NCBI GenBank assembly: GCA_965242765.1
Contig: CBDESY010000003.1
Location: forward strand, 4,578 to 68,577
Reading direction: 5' to 3'
Length of the DNA stretch: 64,000 bases
Source: Dehalococcoidia bacterium
GTDB taxonomy: Bacteria; Chloroflexota; Dehalococcoidia; Lucifugimonadales; Lucifugimonadaceae
In this document: positions 46,420 through 54,336 of the stretch, piece after piece
Numbering within the stretch: position 1 is the stretch's first letter
Layout of the letters: every line of letters begins with the position of its first letter
Translations under genes and position numbers: made by a program
Notes under the pieces: generated by a model
What the model was told of the DNA's origin: nothing
Seen by the model: only the letters and a program-made list of their open reading frames with translations
Databases searched by the model: none

Positions 46420-47607
46420 ATGAACTACACCATCCACAATGCCGATGCCATAAGCGGTCTGCGCCAACTCGAAGCCGAGTCTGTGCAGACTGTCTTCACG
46501 TCACCGCCGTATTTCGGACTCAGGTCTTACGGCACTGATCCAGTGGTATGGGGTGAAGCCGACTGCGAGCCATGCTACTGGAAGCCCGCGCCACAGCAAA
46601 ACACGAAGCTTGGTATCCAAGGCAACACCAACGGCATCTATACCGCCGATAGATCGAACAAGGGCAAGCTCTACGCAACATCCGAAGCTGCACCATCCGG
46701 CTCTATCTGCGAGCGATGCAACTCTTGGAAAGGGGAGTTGGGTGGCGAACCAACTGTAGACCGATTTGTTGATAACTTGGTATCGGTTTTCAGCGAGGTT
46801 TGGCGCGTGTTGCGGAAAGACGGGACTGTTTGGCTCAATATCGGCGACTCCTATGCTGGTAGCGGTAGAGGAGCCGGCACCACTCGGCGCGGCGACATTC
46901 AACGTTCGTCGACGGGAACGCTTGGATTGCAACCCGACCGAGATAAGACAGTGCGCGCCAAGAACCTCTACGGGGTTCCGTGGCGACTTGCGCTAGCCTT
47001 GCAGTCTTATGGATGGATAATCCGCAACGATTTGATCTGGCACAAGCCGAATCCGATGCCAGAAAGTGTGAAAGATCGACTTACTCGCTCACATGAGCAT
47101 GTCTTTCTGTTGGTGAAATCCAGTCGGACTCTGTTTTGGAAACATGATGACGGACGGATTGTTTACGAAGAGCCAGAGCCAGACATCCAAACCTACGAAG
47201 CCGAAGACGACCACGGCAATCCCGTCACAGTCAAACGCAATCGATGGTCTGGCCGACACTACTACTACGATGGTGATGCCATCAGGGACTACGGCAAGAG
47301 CGAAAGTCGCAAAGGTTCAAAGACGGGTGCCAATGCGCGTGATGTGTGGACTTTGCCGCCTTCGAGTTACAAGGGCGCGCACTTTGCGACATTCCCGGAA
47401 ACACTGGTAGAGCGTTGCATACTCGCGAGTTCCCGAACTAACGACTTGGTTTTGGACCCATTCACGGGCAGTGGCACTACCGGTGCTGTGGCGTTGCAAC
47501 TCGGACGGCGGTTTGTTGGCATCGAACTCAAGTCGGAGTATGTCGAACTCGCAACGAAACGAATCAACGAAGCCAAAGAACAACCGACGTTCCTTCGGTT
47601 CTTCTAG
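46420..47607 (+). CDS. DNA methyltransferase, beta-class (SPPY; possibly N4-cytosine)
   Basis: 395 aa with 'TVFTSPPYFGLRSYG' and 'VLDPFTGSGTTGAVALQLGRRFVGIEL'. Paralogous in layout to 15686..16927. Confidence 0.85.
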   Translation: MNYTIHNADAISGLRQLEAESVQTVFTSPPYFGLRSYGTDPVVWGEADCEPCYWKPAPQQNTKLGIQGNTNGIYTADRSNKGKLYATSEAAPSGSICERCNSWKGELGGEPTVDRFVDNLVSVFSEVWRVLRKDGTVWLNIGDSYAGSGRGAGTTRRGDIQRSSTGTLGLQPDRDKTVRAKNLYGVPWRLALALQSYGWIIRNDLIWHKPNPMPESVKDRLTRSHEHVFLLVKSSRTLFWKHDDGRIVYEEPEPDIQTYEAEDDHGNPVTVKRNRWSGRHYYYDGDAIRDYGKSESRKGSKTGANARDVWTLPPSSYKGAHFATFPETLVERCILASSRTNDLVLDPFTGSGTTGAVALQLGRRFVGIELKSEYVELATKRINEAKEQPTFLRFF

Positions 47608-47636
47608 AGATTGAAAATGAACAAGAGGGAGGCAGA

Positions 47637-47903
47637 ATGATGAGCCGATGCTACATAGATTTGCTACCAGACGACGATCAAACGGACGGCGAGAACGAAT
47701 ACATCGTGCCTTGCGACAAACACTACGATCTTGCGCCAACCGGCGTGTTTCATCGAATGGAAATGTGGAAACATCTATCCCCGAAGCAGTTCCTAGATGT
47801 ATTCCTTTGTGTTGATGAATGGGCTAAGCGGATGGGTCCTGTGATGAAGGAACGTAATGGGTTGGACACGCGCACGTTTGACATCGATTCTTGTAAACAT
47901 TGA
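47637..47903 (+). CDS. small Cys-containing protein ('CDxHY' family)
   Basis: 88 aa with 'YIVPCDKHYDLAP'. GAGGGAGG lies upstream of the ATG. Confidence 0.5.
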   Translation: MMSRCYIDLLPDDDQTDGENEYIVPCDKHYDLAPTGVFHRMEMWKHLSPKQFLDVFLCVDEWAKRMGPVMKERNGLDTRTFDIDSCKH

Positions 47904-47921
47904 ACAGTCGGAAGGATCAAA

Positions 47922-48272
47922 ATGCCAAAAGAAATATTTAACGCACCAATGAGACGCAGCCGGCGCTTCTGGGAGCGAGCAATAAACCAGACAAAACGCA
48001 TATTCCCAAACATGAACAAAAACAGTTCACGATGCATCTACTGCAATCACCGACTCGATGAACACACCCTGACAACAAAGCCAGCATGGATTACATGGTG
48101 CGACGAAGCCAACGAAAAACACGAAATCACCGAACACGGCAGATACCAAACGATCTACGCCATCAAATGCAATACATGCAAAATGCAAATCGGAAGTGAA
48201 CAAGTAATCTGTTACCTGCGAAGCACCATGAACGGAGAACAGGTTCACATAACAAAATCCGAAATGCCATGA
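47922..48272 (+). CDS. Cys-rich zinc-ribbon protein
   Basis: 116 aa with 'CIYCNH...H', 'WCDE' and 'CNTCKMQ...C'. Confidence 0.5.
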   Translation: MPKEIFNAPMRRSRRFWERAINQTKRIFPNMNKNSSRCIYCNHRLDEHTLTTKPAWITWCDEANEKHEITEHGRYQTIYAIKCNTCKMQIGSEQVICYLRSTMNGEQVHITKSEMP

Positions 48273-48529
48273 CAGTCCGCGCTACAGACCTTGGAATGCC
48301 AGGCCCGGGGATCTTCTTTGACAAGGGTTGCGAAGTTTCGCCAAGCTGTTTGAAGTGTCCGCTGCCTGAATGCAAGTATGAAAGTCCGCCACGGCGGAAA
48401 CGATCAGGTCGAAACGACCGCATCATCTCGATGCACAACACGGGTATGGACGTAAAATCAATATCCGAAGCTTTGAATACAAGCGAACGGACAGTGTACC
48501 GAGTGATCCAACTCGGACGACGAAAGTAA
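48269..48529 (+). CDS. small HTH DNA-binding protein with N-terminal Cys cluster
   Basis: 86 aa with 'CEVSPSCLKCPLPEC' followed by 'VKSISEALNTSERTVYRVIQ' (HTH). Resembles the C-terminal HTH of the Replicase. Confidence 0.55.
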   Translation: MTVRATDLGMPGPGIFFDKGCEVSPSCLKCPLPECKYESPPRRKRSGRNDRIISMHNTGMDVKSISEALNTSERTVYRVIQLGRRK

Positions 48530-48533
48530 ACCC

Positions 48534-48830
48534 ATGAAACCGCCTCTACCTATCAAACCTGCGACCAAAGCGATTACTCGTAGGAAAATAAGGCGGTTCA
48601 TCCGTCGCATCTATCAAGCCGTTGCTGCTTCTTCGTTGCTGTTTTTTGCCTTCGTCTTACCCAAAGAACACGCTGCGGAGTTCACGATCTTCGTCATCAT
48701 GGTTCTCGCCGGAGTAACCGCCTACGACCTGCAGATTGACGCTAACCGCGCCAAGCGGCGCTCAGTGTTGAAGAGCAACATTCCCAAAGATAAGGACTTG
48801 CGGGACGTAGATGACAGCGATTCGGAGTGA
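48534..48830 (+). CDS. small membrane protein
   Basis: 98 aa with two hydrophobic helices (AASSLLFFAFVL, FTIFVIMVLAGVTAY) and an acidic tail. Confidence 0.5.
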   Translation: MKPPLPIKPATKAITRRKIRRFIRRIYQAVAASSLLFFAFVLPKEHAAEFTIFVIMVLAGVTAYDLQIDANRAKRRSVLKSNIPKDKDLRDVDDSDSE

Positions 48831-49017
48831 TATTTCCGCTTGGAAAGGCGAAACGGCATCGTCACAGCGCAACGACAGACACCTAAGATGAACTGTGACA
48901 CCTTTCACCCGTCTATCGTTGCGCTACGGGCGCGGCTTTTCACTGAATCTGCCCCGTATTTCGAGTTAGCGGCGGCCTGTTCGACGGGAGGTCGGCGTTC
49001 GTCGTGGCATTCTGTGT

Positions 49018-49440
49018 TCACCCAACATTCTTACGTGCTTGACTCATCAATTTGCGTTTTGTCTTCGGACTGATCTTTTTGACTTTGCGGCGACGACGAT
49101 ACGATCTTTCCAAGCGGTTGTATTCCTTCTTACGTGAAGCCGACTGAGCGGCACGGCGTTTCTTGCCGACCAATGCGATCCGTCCGTCAATGAACCGCAT
49201 AGCAAACAGTATCACCACAACCAACGGGATAAGCAAGATGATCGCTGATAGTATCCCTGAGTACTGATTGTCTGCCAGCGCACCGGATGTAGGGAGTGCG
49301 ACCAAGTCGTTGAACGCGCCGCCCTCGCTGAACAAAGCCAGCAGAACTGGAACGCCGATGACCAATCCGACTAGGATAAGTCCGACATTCGTAAATGCCG
49401 ACTGAACATCGAACTCAAACTTGACCTTGCGTCGTTTCAT
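49018..49440 (-). CDS. hairpin membrane protein, type A (short loop, long basic tail)
   Basis: 140 aa with 'GLILVGLVIGVPVLLALFSEGGAFNDL..LPTSGALADNQYSGILSAIILLIPLVVV', then a K/R-rich tail. ATGA overlap with the upstream paralog. Confidence 0.75.
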   Translation of the reverse strand: MKRRKVKFEFDVQSAFTNVGLILVGLVIGVPVLLALFSEGGAFNDLVALPTSGALADNQYSGILSAIILLIPLVVVILFAMRFIDGRIALVGKKRRAAQSASRKKEYNRLERSYRRRRKVKKISPKTKRKLMSQARKNVG

Positions 49441-49934
49441 CGTCTGCGCCTATCAGGGACGATTTCATCATCACTATTCAACCGCAACCCACGACTTTTA
49501 AGCCGCATACCAATTTCGGTTCCTCGCCGATTCTCTTGCATAGCCTTGGCGTTCAACCGCATCGCTGCGTCCATATCACCTCTATCCATGTGGCGATCTA
49601 CTTTATCCATATATCGCTTTGCTTTTCGGTGGTGATATTTGCCACGTTGCCTAGCGGTGAAGTTCAAGACATTATCTCCCATGAACTTCCACACGAAGAA
49701 CGCCACTACGATCAACGGGATAAGCAAGATGATCGCCGACAAGATGCCGGAGTACTGATTGTCTGCAAGTGCGCCGGATGTTGGGAGTTCAGTCAAGTCG
49801 TTGAATGCACCGCCTTCACTGAACAAAGCCAGCAGGACTGGAACTCCAATCACCAGACCTATCAGCAACCCGGCCACCGCCATGAACGCCGCTTTAACGT
49901 TCAATCCACCACTTGATTTGCGTTTTCTAGGCAT
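49437..49934 (-). CDS. hairpin membrane protein, type A
   Basis: The ATG at 49934 ('MPRKRKSSGG') has AGGGGG 6 nt upstream (the track start is 49964). Same TM1-loop-TM2 core with a ~85-aa basic tail. Confidence 0.75.
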   Translation of the reverse strand: MPRKRKSSGGLNVKAAFMAVAGLLIGLVIGVPVLLALFSEGGAFNDLTELPTSGALADNQYSGILSAIILLIPLIVVAFFVWKFMGDNVLNFTARQRGKYHHRKAKRYMDKVDRHMDRGDMDAAMRLNAKAMQENRRGTEIGMRLKSRGLRLNSDDEIVPDRRRR

Positions 49935-49956
49935 AACATTCCCCCTATACAGGAGA

Positions 49957-50451
49957 CTACTCAATCAGTTCAGGCTCTCCAATGGCAGTCCGGATGCGCT
50001 TGGCAATGGATTTGTCGCGGGCAGTCATAATACGCTCGGCAAGGGCATAATCCGCCTTAGACGGCTTACCAGCCCTGAGGCGCTTGTTCATCTGCGCTCT
50101 AGGCGACGATCGTGCCTTTGCTTTCCCGCCACGTCGAGTTGATTTCTTACCGCCGCCGAGCGAGCCGAGCGACATTCCCTGTCCGCTTAGGAAGCGGAAG
50201 GCGAAGAACGCCACTACGATCAACGGGATAAGCAAGATGATCGCCGACAAGATGCCGGAGTACTGGTTGTCGGCAAGTGCGCCGGATGTCGGTAGAGCAG
50301 TCAAGTCGTTGAATGCACCGCCCTCGCTGAACAAAGCGAGTAGCACAGGCACACCAATTACCAGACCAACCAGAAGCCCTGCAACTGCGGTGAAAGCGGT
50401 GCTAGCGTTCAAGCCGCCCATCATTCCGCCATTCTTTTTTTTATGTGCCAT
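49957..50451 (-). CDS. hairpin membrane protein, type A
   Basis: 164 aa, nearly identical to 50708..51178 over the core and the first part of the tail. An A8 run spans codons 4-6 (nt 50435-50442). Confidence 0.75.
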   Translation of the reverse strand: MAHKKKNGGMMGGLNASTAFTAVAGLLVGLVIGVPVLLALFSEGGAFNDLTALPTSGALADNQYSGILSAIILLIPLIVVAFFAFRFLSGQGMSLGSLGGGKKSTRRGGKAKARSSPRAQMNKRLRAGKPSKADYALAERIMTARDKSIAKRIRTAIGEPELIE

Positions 50452-50485
50452 TTTCTATCTATGCTCCTGTTTCGGAACTCAATAT

Positions 50486-50634
50486 CTACATACGCTCTCT
50501 AAAGAAGCGGAAGGCGAAGAAGGCGACGATTGCCAAAGGAATCAGCTGGCGAATATCGCCGTAAGCACGGGAACACCGATCACCAGTCCGACTAGCAACA
50601 CCGCCACACCTGCAAAGCTATCTTGAGCGTTCAT
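50486..50634 (-). pseudogene. decayed type-B hairpin gene (N-terminal TM fused out of frame to the C-terminal TM)
   Basis: ATG at 50634 encodes 'MNAQDSFAGVAVLLVGLVIGVPVLTAIFAS' followed by a stop. Downstream, in the -1 frame, lies 'LIPLAIVAFFAFRFFRERM*', nearly identical to the 3' end of 51235..51780. The whole central region is deleted. Confidence 0.7.
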
Positions 50635-50654
50635 CGTCGTTAACAGAGATTTAC

Positions 50655-50690
50655 AGATAAGCGCGTTGATGGCAACCAACGCGCTTATCT
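50655..50690 (-). terminator. 14-bp perfect hairpin downstream of 50708..51178 (no T-tract)
   Basis: agataagcgcgttg (50655-50668) pairs with caacgcgcttatct (50677-50690) around an 8-nt loop. Confidence 0.35.
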
Positions 50691-50707
50691 TTGTGCGTCA
50701 ATACTGA

Positions 50708-51178
50708 CTAAACCGCGGGCGGTGCTGGTCCACCGGCTTGTAGAATGCGCTGGGCAAGGGCAATGTCCGACTTAGACGGCCTACCAGCCCTGATGCGCTT
50801 GTTCATCTGCGCTCTAGGCGACAATCGTGCCTTTGCTTTCCCGCCACGTCGAGTTGATTTCTTACCGCCGCCGAGCGAGCCGAGCGACATTCCCTGTCCG
50901 CTTAGGAAGCGGAAGGCGAAGAACGCCACTACGATCAACGGGATAAGCAAGATGATCGCCGACAAGATGCCGGAGTACTGGTTGTCTGCAAGTGCGCCGG
51001 ATGTCGGTAGAGCAGTCAAGTCGTTGAACGCCCCACCCTCGCTGAAGAGAGCGAGTAGAACTGGAACTCCAATTACCAGTCCGACTAGCAACCCTGCAAC
51101 TGCGGTGAAAGCGGTGCTAGCGTTCAAGCCGCCCATCATCCCGCCGCTCTTCTTGGTCGTTCTTTTCTTCTTTGCCAT
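50708..51178 (-). CDS. hairpin membrane protein, type A
   Basis: 156 aa: 'MAKKKRTTKKSGG', then the TM1-loop-TM2 core, then the basic tail 'GGKKSTRRGGKAKARLSPRAQMNKRIRAGRPSK'. Confidence 0.75.
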   Translation of the reverse strand: MAKKKRTTKKSGGMMGGLNASTAFTAVAGLLVGLVIGVPVLLALFSEGGAFNDLTALPTSGALADNQYSGILSAIILLIPLIVVAFFAFRFLSGQGMSLGSLGGGKKSTRRGGKAKARLSPRAQMNKRIRAGRPSKSDIALAQRILQAGGPAPPAV

Positions 51179-51234
51179 GTTTCTGTTTCCTCTTTGCGTT
51201 TCGTTGTTTCGCGTTTCCGAAAGTTAGGGATTGC

Positions 51235-51780
51235 CTACATGCGCTCTCTAAAGAAGCGGAAGGCGAAGAAGGCGACGATTGCCAAAGGAATCAGCAGGAT
51301 TGCAGCTGTCAAGATGCCGGAGTACGGGTTCGAAGACAACTGGGCATCATTGTTAACCGCTGAGTTTCCCGTAGTGTTCGCACCAGCATCAAAAGCTACT
51401 GCGTTCACATCAGTTCCGCCGCTGTTACAAGTACTGGGCAAAGTAAGTGGCGTAGTGGTCGGCTTGATTTCAACGAAATTGCCTGTAGTGCCGTCTGTCG
51501 AATAGCCATGTCCTGCTACTGAAGCAGATCCCCACGCCGCGGCGGCAAAGGTCAAGGTTGAAAGTTGAGCACCATTCTGCAAAGTAACATCATTCGGAGC
51601 AGTAGAGTAAGCTCCGTTTGAGATTCCACTCGTCACACTATACTCGCACGTCCCCTCTGCAACTCCTTGAAGTTGTGAAAACGGACCGCCAGTAGCAAAG
51701 ATCGCCGTAAGCACGGGAACACCGATGACTAGTCCGACTAGCAACATCGCCACGCCCATAAAGGCAGTTTTAGCGTTCAT
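51235..51780 (-). CDS. hairpin membrane protein, type B (variable Cys-pair ectodomain)
   Basis: 181 aa: 'MNAKTAFMGVAMLLVGLVIGVPVLTAIFATGG...LQGVAEGTC', then a ~110-aa variable region with a second Cys, then 'NPYSGILTAAILLIPLAIVAFFAFRFFRERM'. Confidence 0.75.
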   Translation of the reverse strand: MNAKTAFMGVAMLLVGLVIGVPVLTAIFATGGPFSQLQGVAEGTCEYSVTSGISNGAYSTAPNDVTLQNGAQLSTLTFAAAAWGSASVAGHGYSTDGTTGNFVEIKPTTTPLTLPSTCNSGGTDVNAVAFDAGANTTGNSAVNNDAQLSSNPYSGILTAAILLIPLAIVAFFAFRFFRERM

Positions 51781-51856
51781 TCAGGATTTCTCCCATTAGT
51801 ACGCGTTTCAATTTTCGGTGCGTTTCAATTGCAAATATACACCAAAGTTGCCAAGT
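51744..51856. repeat. 113-bp exact duplication (copy 1) covering the 5' end and upstream region of type-B genes
   Basis: Identical to 52464..52576, giving a 720-bp period. Contains the direct repeat AATTGAAACGC x2 (minus-strand sense). Confidence 0.9.
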
Positions 51857-51885
51857 TGTGCAAACAATGGCATAAATCTGCTCGG

Positions 51886-52500
51886 CTAGAATCGCTCGCG
51901 GAAGAAACGGAAGGCGAAGAAGGCGACGATTGCCAAAGGAATCAGCAGGATTGCAGCTGTCAAGATACCGGCATAGGGGTTGTCTGACAATTGAGCGTCG
52001 GAAACTGACGCCGCGTTGCCTATAACGTAAGCATCGTTGACCAGGGCGGGGTAAGGCACTGCGGCTATATCGTCCCCGGCCGCATTGCAATTCTGACTCA
52101 GATTGGGATTACCCGTCCCGAGCGCATAAGCCGAGTCGTCGATATTGATCGTCAGCACATTGACCGACGGTACGACGGTACCTGATCCGGTAGGTGCTTG
52201 TGCAATCCACCCGTATCCAGTTTCACCAGCGGCCGGCTTTGCAGCCTCAGCGGCGATTGTTGGCAATGCCACAGTAGAATAAGTCACCCCATCGGGGATT
52301 GTGAACCCGCGCGCCAATGGTGGCGGCACTGCATCCGAAGCCAACCCCGTCGTTGGGCTCCAGTCGCAAGTCCCCTCTGCAACTCCTTGAAGTTGCCCAA
52401 AGGGGCCGCTAGTCGCGAAAATAGCAGTCAGCACCGGTACGCCTATCACTAGTGCGACTAACAACATCGCCACGCCCATAAAGGCAGTTTTAGCGTTCAT
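51886..52500 (-). CDS. hairpin membrane protein, type B
   Basis: 204 aa. The N- and C-terminal ~35 aa match 51235..51780, but the ~130-aa centre cannot be aligned with it. Confidence 0.75.
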   Translation of the reverse strand: MNAKTAFMGVAMLLVALVIGVPVLTAIFATSGPFGQLQGVAEGTCDWSPTTGLASDAVPPPLARGFTIPDGVTYSTVALPTIAAEAAKPAAGETGYGWIAQAPTGSGTVVPSVNVLTINIDDSAYALGTGNPNLSQNCNAAGDDIAAVPYPALVNDAYVIGNAASVSDAQLSDNPYAGILTAAILLIPLAIVAFFAFRFFRERF

Positions 52501-52576
52501 TCAGGATTTCTCCCATTAGTACGCGTTTCAATTTTCGGTGCGTTTCAATTGCAAATATACACCAAAGTTGCCAAGT
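52464..52576. repeat. 113-bp exact duplication (copy 2)
   Basis: Identical to 51744..51856. Confidence 0.9.
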
Positions 52577-52579
52577 CGG

Positions 52580-52951
52580 CTAGAATCGCTCGCGGAAGAA
52601 ACGGAAGGGGTTGCAGAGGGGACTTGCGACTGGAGCCCAACGACGGGGTTGGCTGAAGAAGGCGACGATTGCCAAAGGAATCAGCAGGATTACAGCTGTC
52701 AAGATACCGGCATAGGGGTTGTCTGACAATTGAGCGTCGGAAACTGACGCCGCGTTGCCTATAACGTAACGATCGACGCAAGGCACAGACCCCGTCGTTG
52801 GGATCCAGTCGCAAGTCCCCTCTGCAACTCCTTGAAGTTGCCCAAAGGGGCCGCTAGTCGCGAAAATAGCAGTCAGCACCGGTACGCCTATATTTAGTGC
52901 GACTAACAACATACCCATAGCCGCGCCGGCGAAAGGAGCCTTACCATTCAT
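52580..52951 (-). CDS. hairpin membrane protein, type B, rearranged (centre deleted, 45-nt inverted insertion in tail)
   Basis: 123 aa and still an open frame. 'AFF[SQPRRWAPVASPLCNP]FRFFRERF', where the bracketed part is encoded by an inverted copy of the 'GVAEGTCDWSPTTGLA' coding segment. Confidence 0.6.
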   Translation of the reverse strand: MNGKAPFAGAAMGMLLVALNIGVPVLTAIFATSGPFGQLQGVAEGTCDWIPTTGSVPCVDRYVIGNAASVSDAQLSDNPYAGILTAVILLIPLAIVAFFSQPRRWAPVASPLCNPFRFFRERF

Positions 52952-53001
52952 TTGAGTGTCCTCTGCGTTTCAATTCAAATCGTATCACAAAAACACCAGT
53001 T

Positions 53002-54336
53002 TCACCGACGCAACAATCGGCGTATATCGGTACTCAGCGCTGCGAAACTGATGCTTTCCACGAACTGATCGATGCTGTCATGGAGAATAGTCGCAGACGT
53101 TACGCCCATGCCGACAACTCGGCCTTGCAGGTCGATCAAAGCGGACCCGCTCGAACCACTTACTTGCGCGGCGGAATGTGCAAGTCGATATTGTCCGTCT
53201 ATCAAGAACTCGCCGGACACATTCCCTCTCGAAACGAATGGATCGCCAGACAGATTGACGGGATAGCCGAGCATCACAACGTCCTCGCCGGGTTCGGGGA
53301 TGTGCGTCGCCAATGTCAACGAAGGCACGTTGGATGGTGATGTGAAAGAGAGTATCGCTATGTCTTGAGCCGCGTTATGAGCGTGAAGTTGCGCTGATAT
53401 GGTCTGCCCTTTCACAACAACCGAAATCGACGAAATATTTTCTACAGTGTGATAAGCCGTAGCCACAAGTCCGTTTCCGACGACGAATCCTGAACCAGAA
53501 CCAGACGATGTGACGACTTTGACGATTGAACTCGTGACATTGCGAACTAATCGAGTCAAATCTACATTCGGTTGTGGTGTAGCAGTCGGTTGCGGGGTCG
53601 CAGTTGGTTGTGGTGTGGCGTGTGGGAATCGGTAGTCGTCGAGGTAGCTTTCTACAGTTGCTTCGACATTCACGGGATCCCTGCGAAACGTCAAGGCTGC
53701 TGCCACTGCCGTCTTTTCAACATCAGGAGTCGGCGGAATTGCCTGCGGCGTGGGAGTGTCGGGGATTGCGAACGGCGTTGCGGTCGGTTGCGGTGTGGGA
53801 GTGTCGGGGATAACGATTGTGAATGGTGTCGCAGTCGGCTGCGGCGTGGGAGTGTCGGGGATAACGATTGTGAATGGTGTCGCAGTCGGCTGCGGCGTAG
53901 GCGCATCGGGTAAGACGATTGGCGTGATCGTCGGGTACGGCGTAACTGTCGGGGTCAATTCATCCATGATGATTATGGCAGCTATGGCAGTTGCATAAGC
54001 ATCAATCGCAGTCGGCTCCGCATGAGGTGTAGGAGTATCAGGTAAAACGATTGGTGTAGCCGTCGGTTGCGGTGTGGGAATGTCGGGTAAGACGATTGGC
54101 GTGGCCGTCGGAATTGGCGTGATCGTCGGTGTTTCCAAGAGCAACACTTCGAGTACTGCGACGGCCGTCGCATAAGCGTCGATGGGTGTCGGCTCTATAT
54201 GTGGCGTAGGTGTGTCAGGAAAAACGAATGGCGTAGGTGTCGGGATGGTCGGCGGCGCGTCGTCTTGCGATGCACCGCCGGAGCAAGCTGTTAGCGCAAC
54301 GCTGACAGCGATGATGGTGATGGTTGTTTTGAACAT
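53002..54336 (-). CDS. lipoprotein trypsin-like (S1/HtrA-type) serine protease with Pro/Thr-rich repeats
   Basis: 'IIAVSVALTAC|SGG' lipobox. Repeats 'PTPQPTATPFTIVIPDT'. Catalytic-type motifs 'GFVVGNGLVATAYHTVE' (His), 'DIAILSF' (Asp) and 'GSSGSALIDLQGRVVGMG' (Ser). The start abuts the stop of 54337..54855. Confidence 0.8.
   Translation of the reverse strand: MFKTTITIIAVSVALTACSGGASQDDAPPTIPTPTPFVFPDTPTPHIEPTPIDAYATAVAVLEVLLLETPTITPIPTATPIVLPDIPTPQPTATPIVLPDTPTPHAEPTAIDAYATAIAAIIIMDELTPTVTPYPTITPIVLPDAPTPQPTATPFTIVIPDTPTPQPTATPFTIVIPDTPTPQPTATPFAIPDTPTPQAIPPTPDVEKTAVAAALTFRRDPVNVEATVESYLDDYRFPHATPQPTATPQPTATPQPNVDLTRLVRNVTSSIVKVVTSSGSGSGFVVGNGLVATAYHTVENISSISVVVKGQTISAQLHAHNAAQDIAILSFTSPSNVPSLTLATHIPEPGEDVVMLGYPVNLSGDPFVSRGNVSGEFLIDGQYRLAHSAAQVSGSSGSALIDLQGRVVGMGVTSATILHDSIDQFVESISFAALSTDIRRLLRR
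53795..53896 (-). repeat. 2 x 51-bp perfect in-frame tandem repeat in the protease gene
   Basis: Units start at 53795 and 53846. More diverged Pro/Thr-coding copies flank them. Confidence 0.9.

Noticed and set aside
50084-51505. Plus-strand ORFs 50084..50626, 50745..51227 and 51194..51505, opposite the type-A/B hairpin genes
   Set aside because: They are antisense shadows. Their similarity to each other merely reflects the duplication of the minus-strand genes.
51235-52951. Diversity-generating retroelement (DGR) as the source of the hypervariable centres
   Set aside because: No reverse transcriptase or template repeat is present in the window. The paralog centres differ wholesale in length and sequence rather than at adenine-specific positions.
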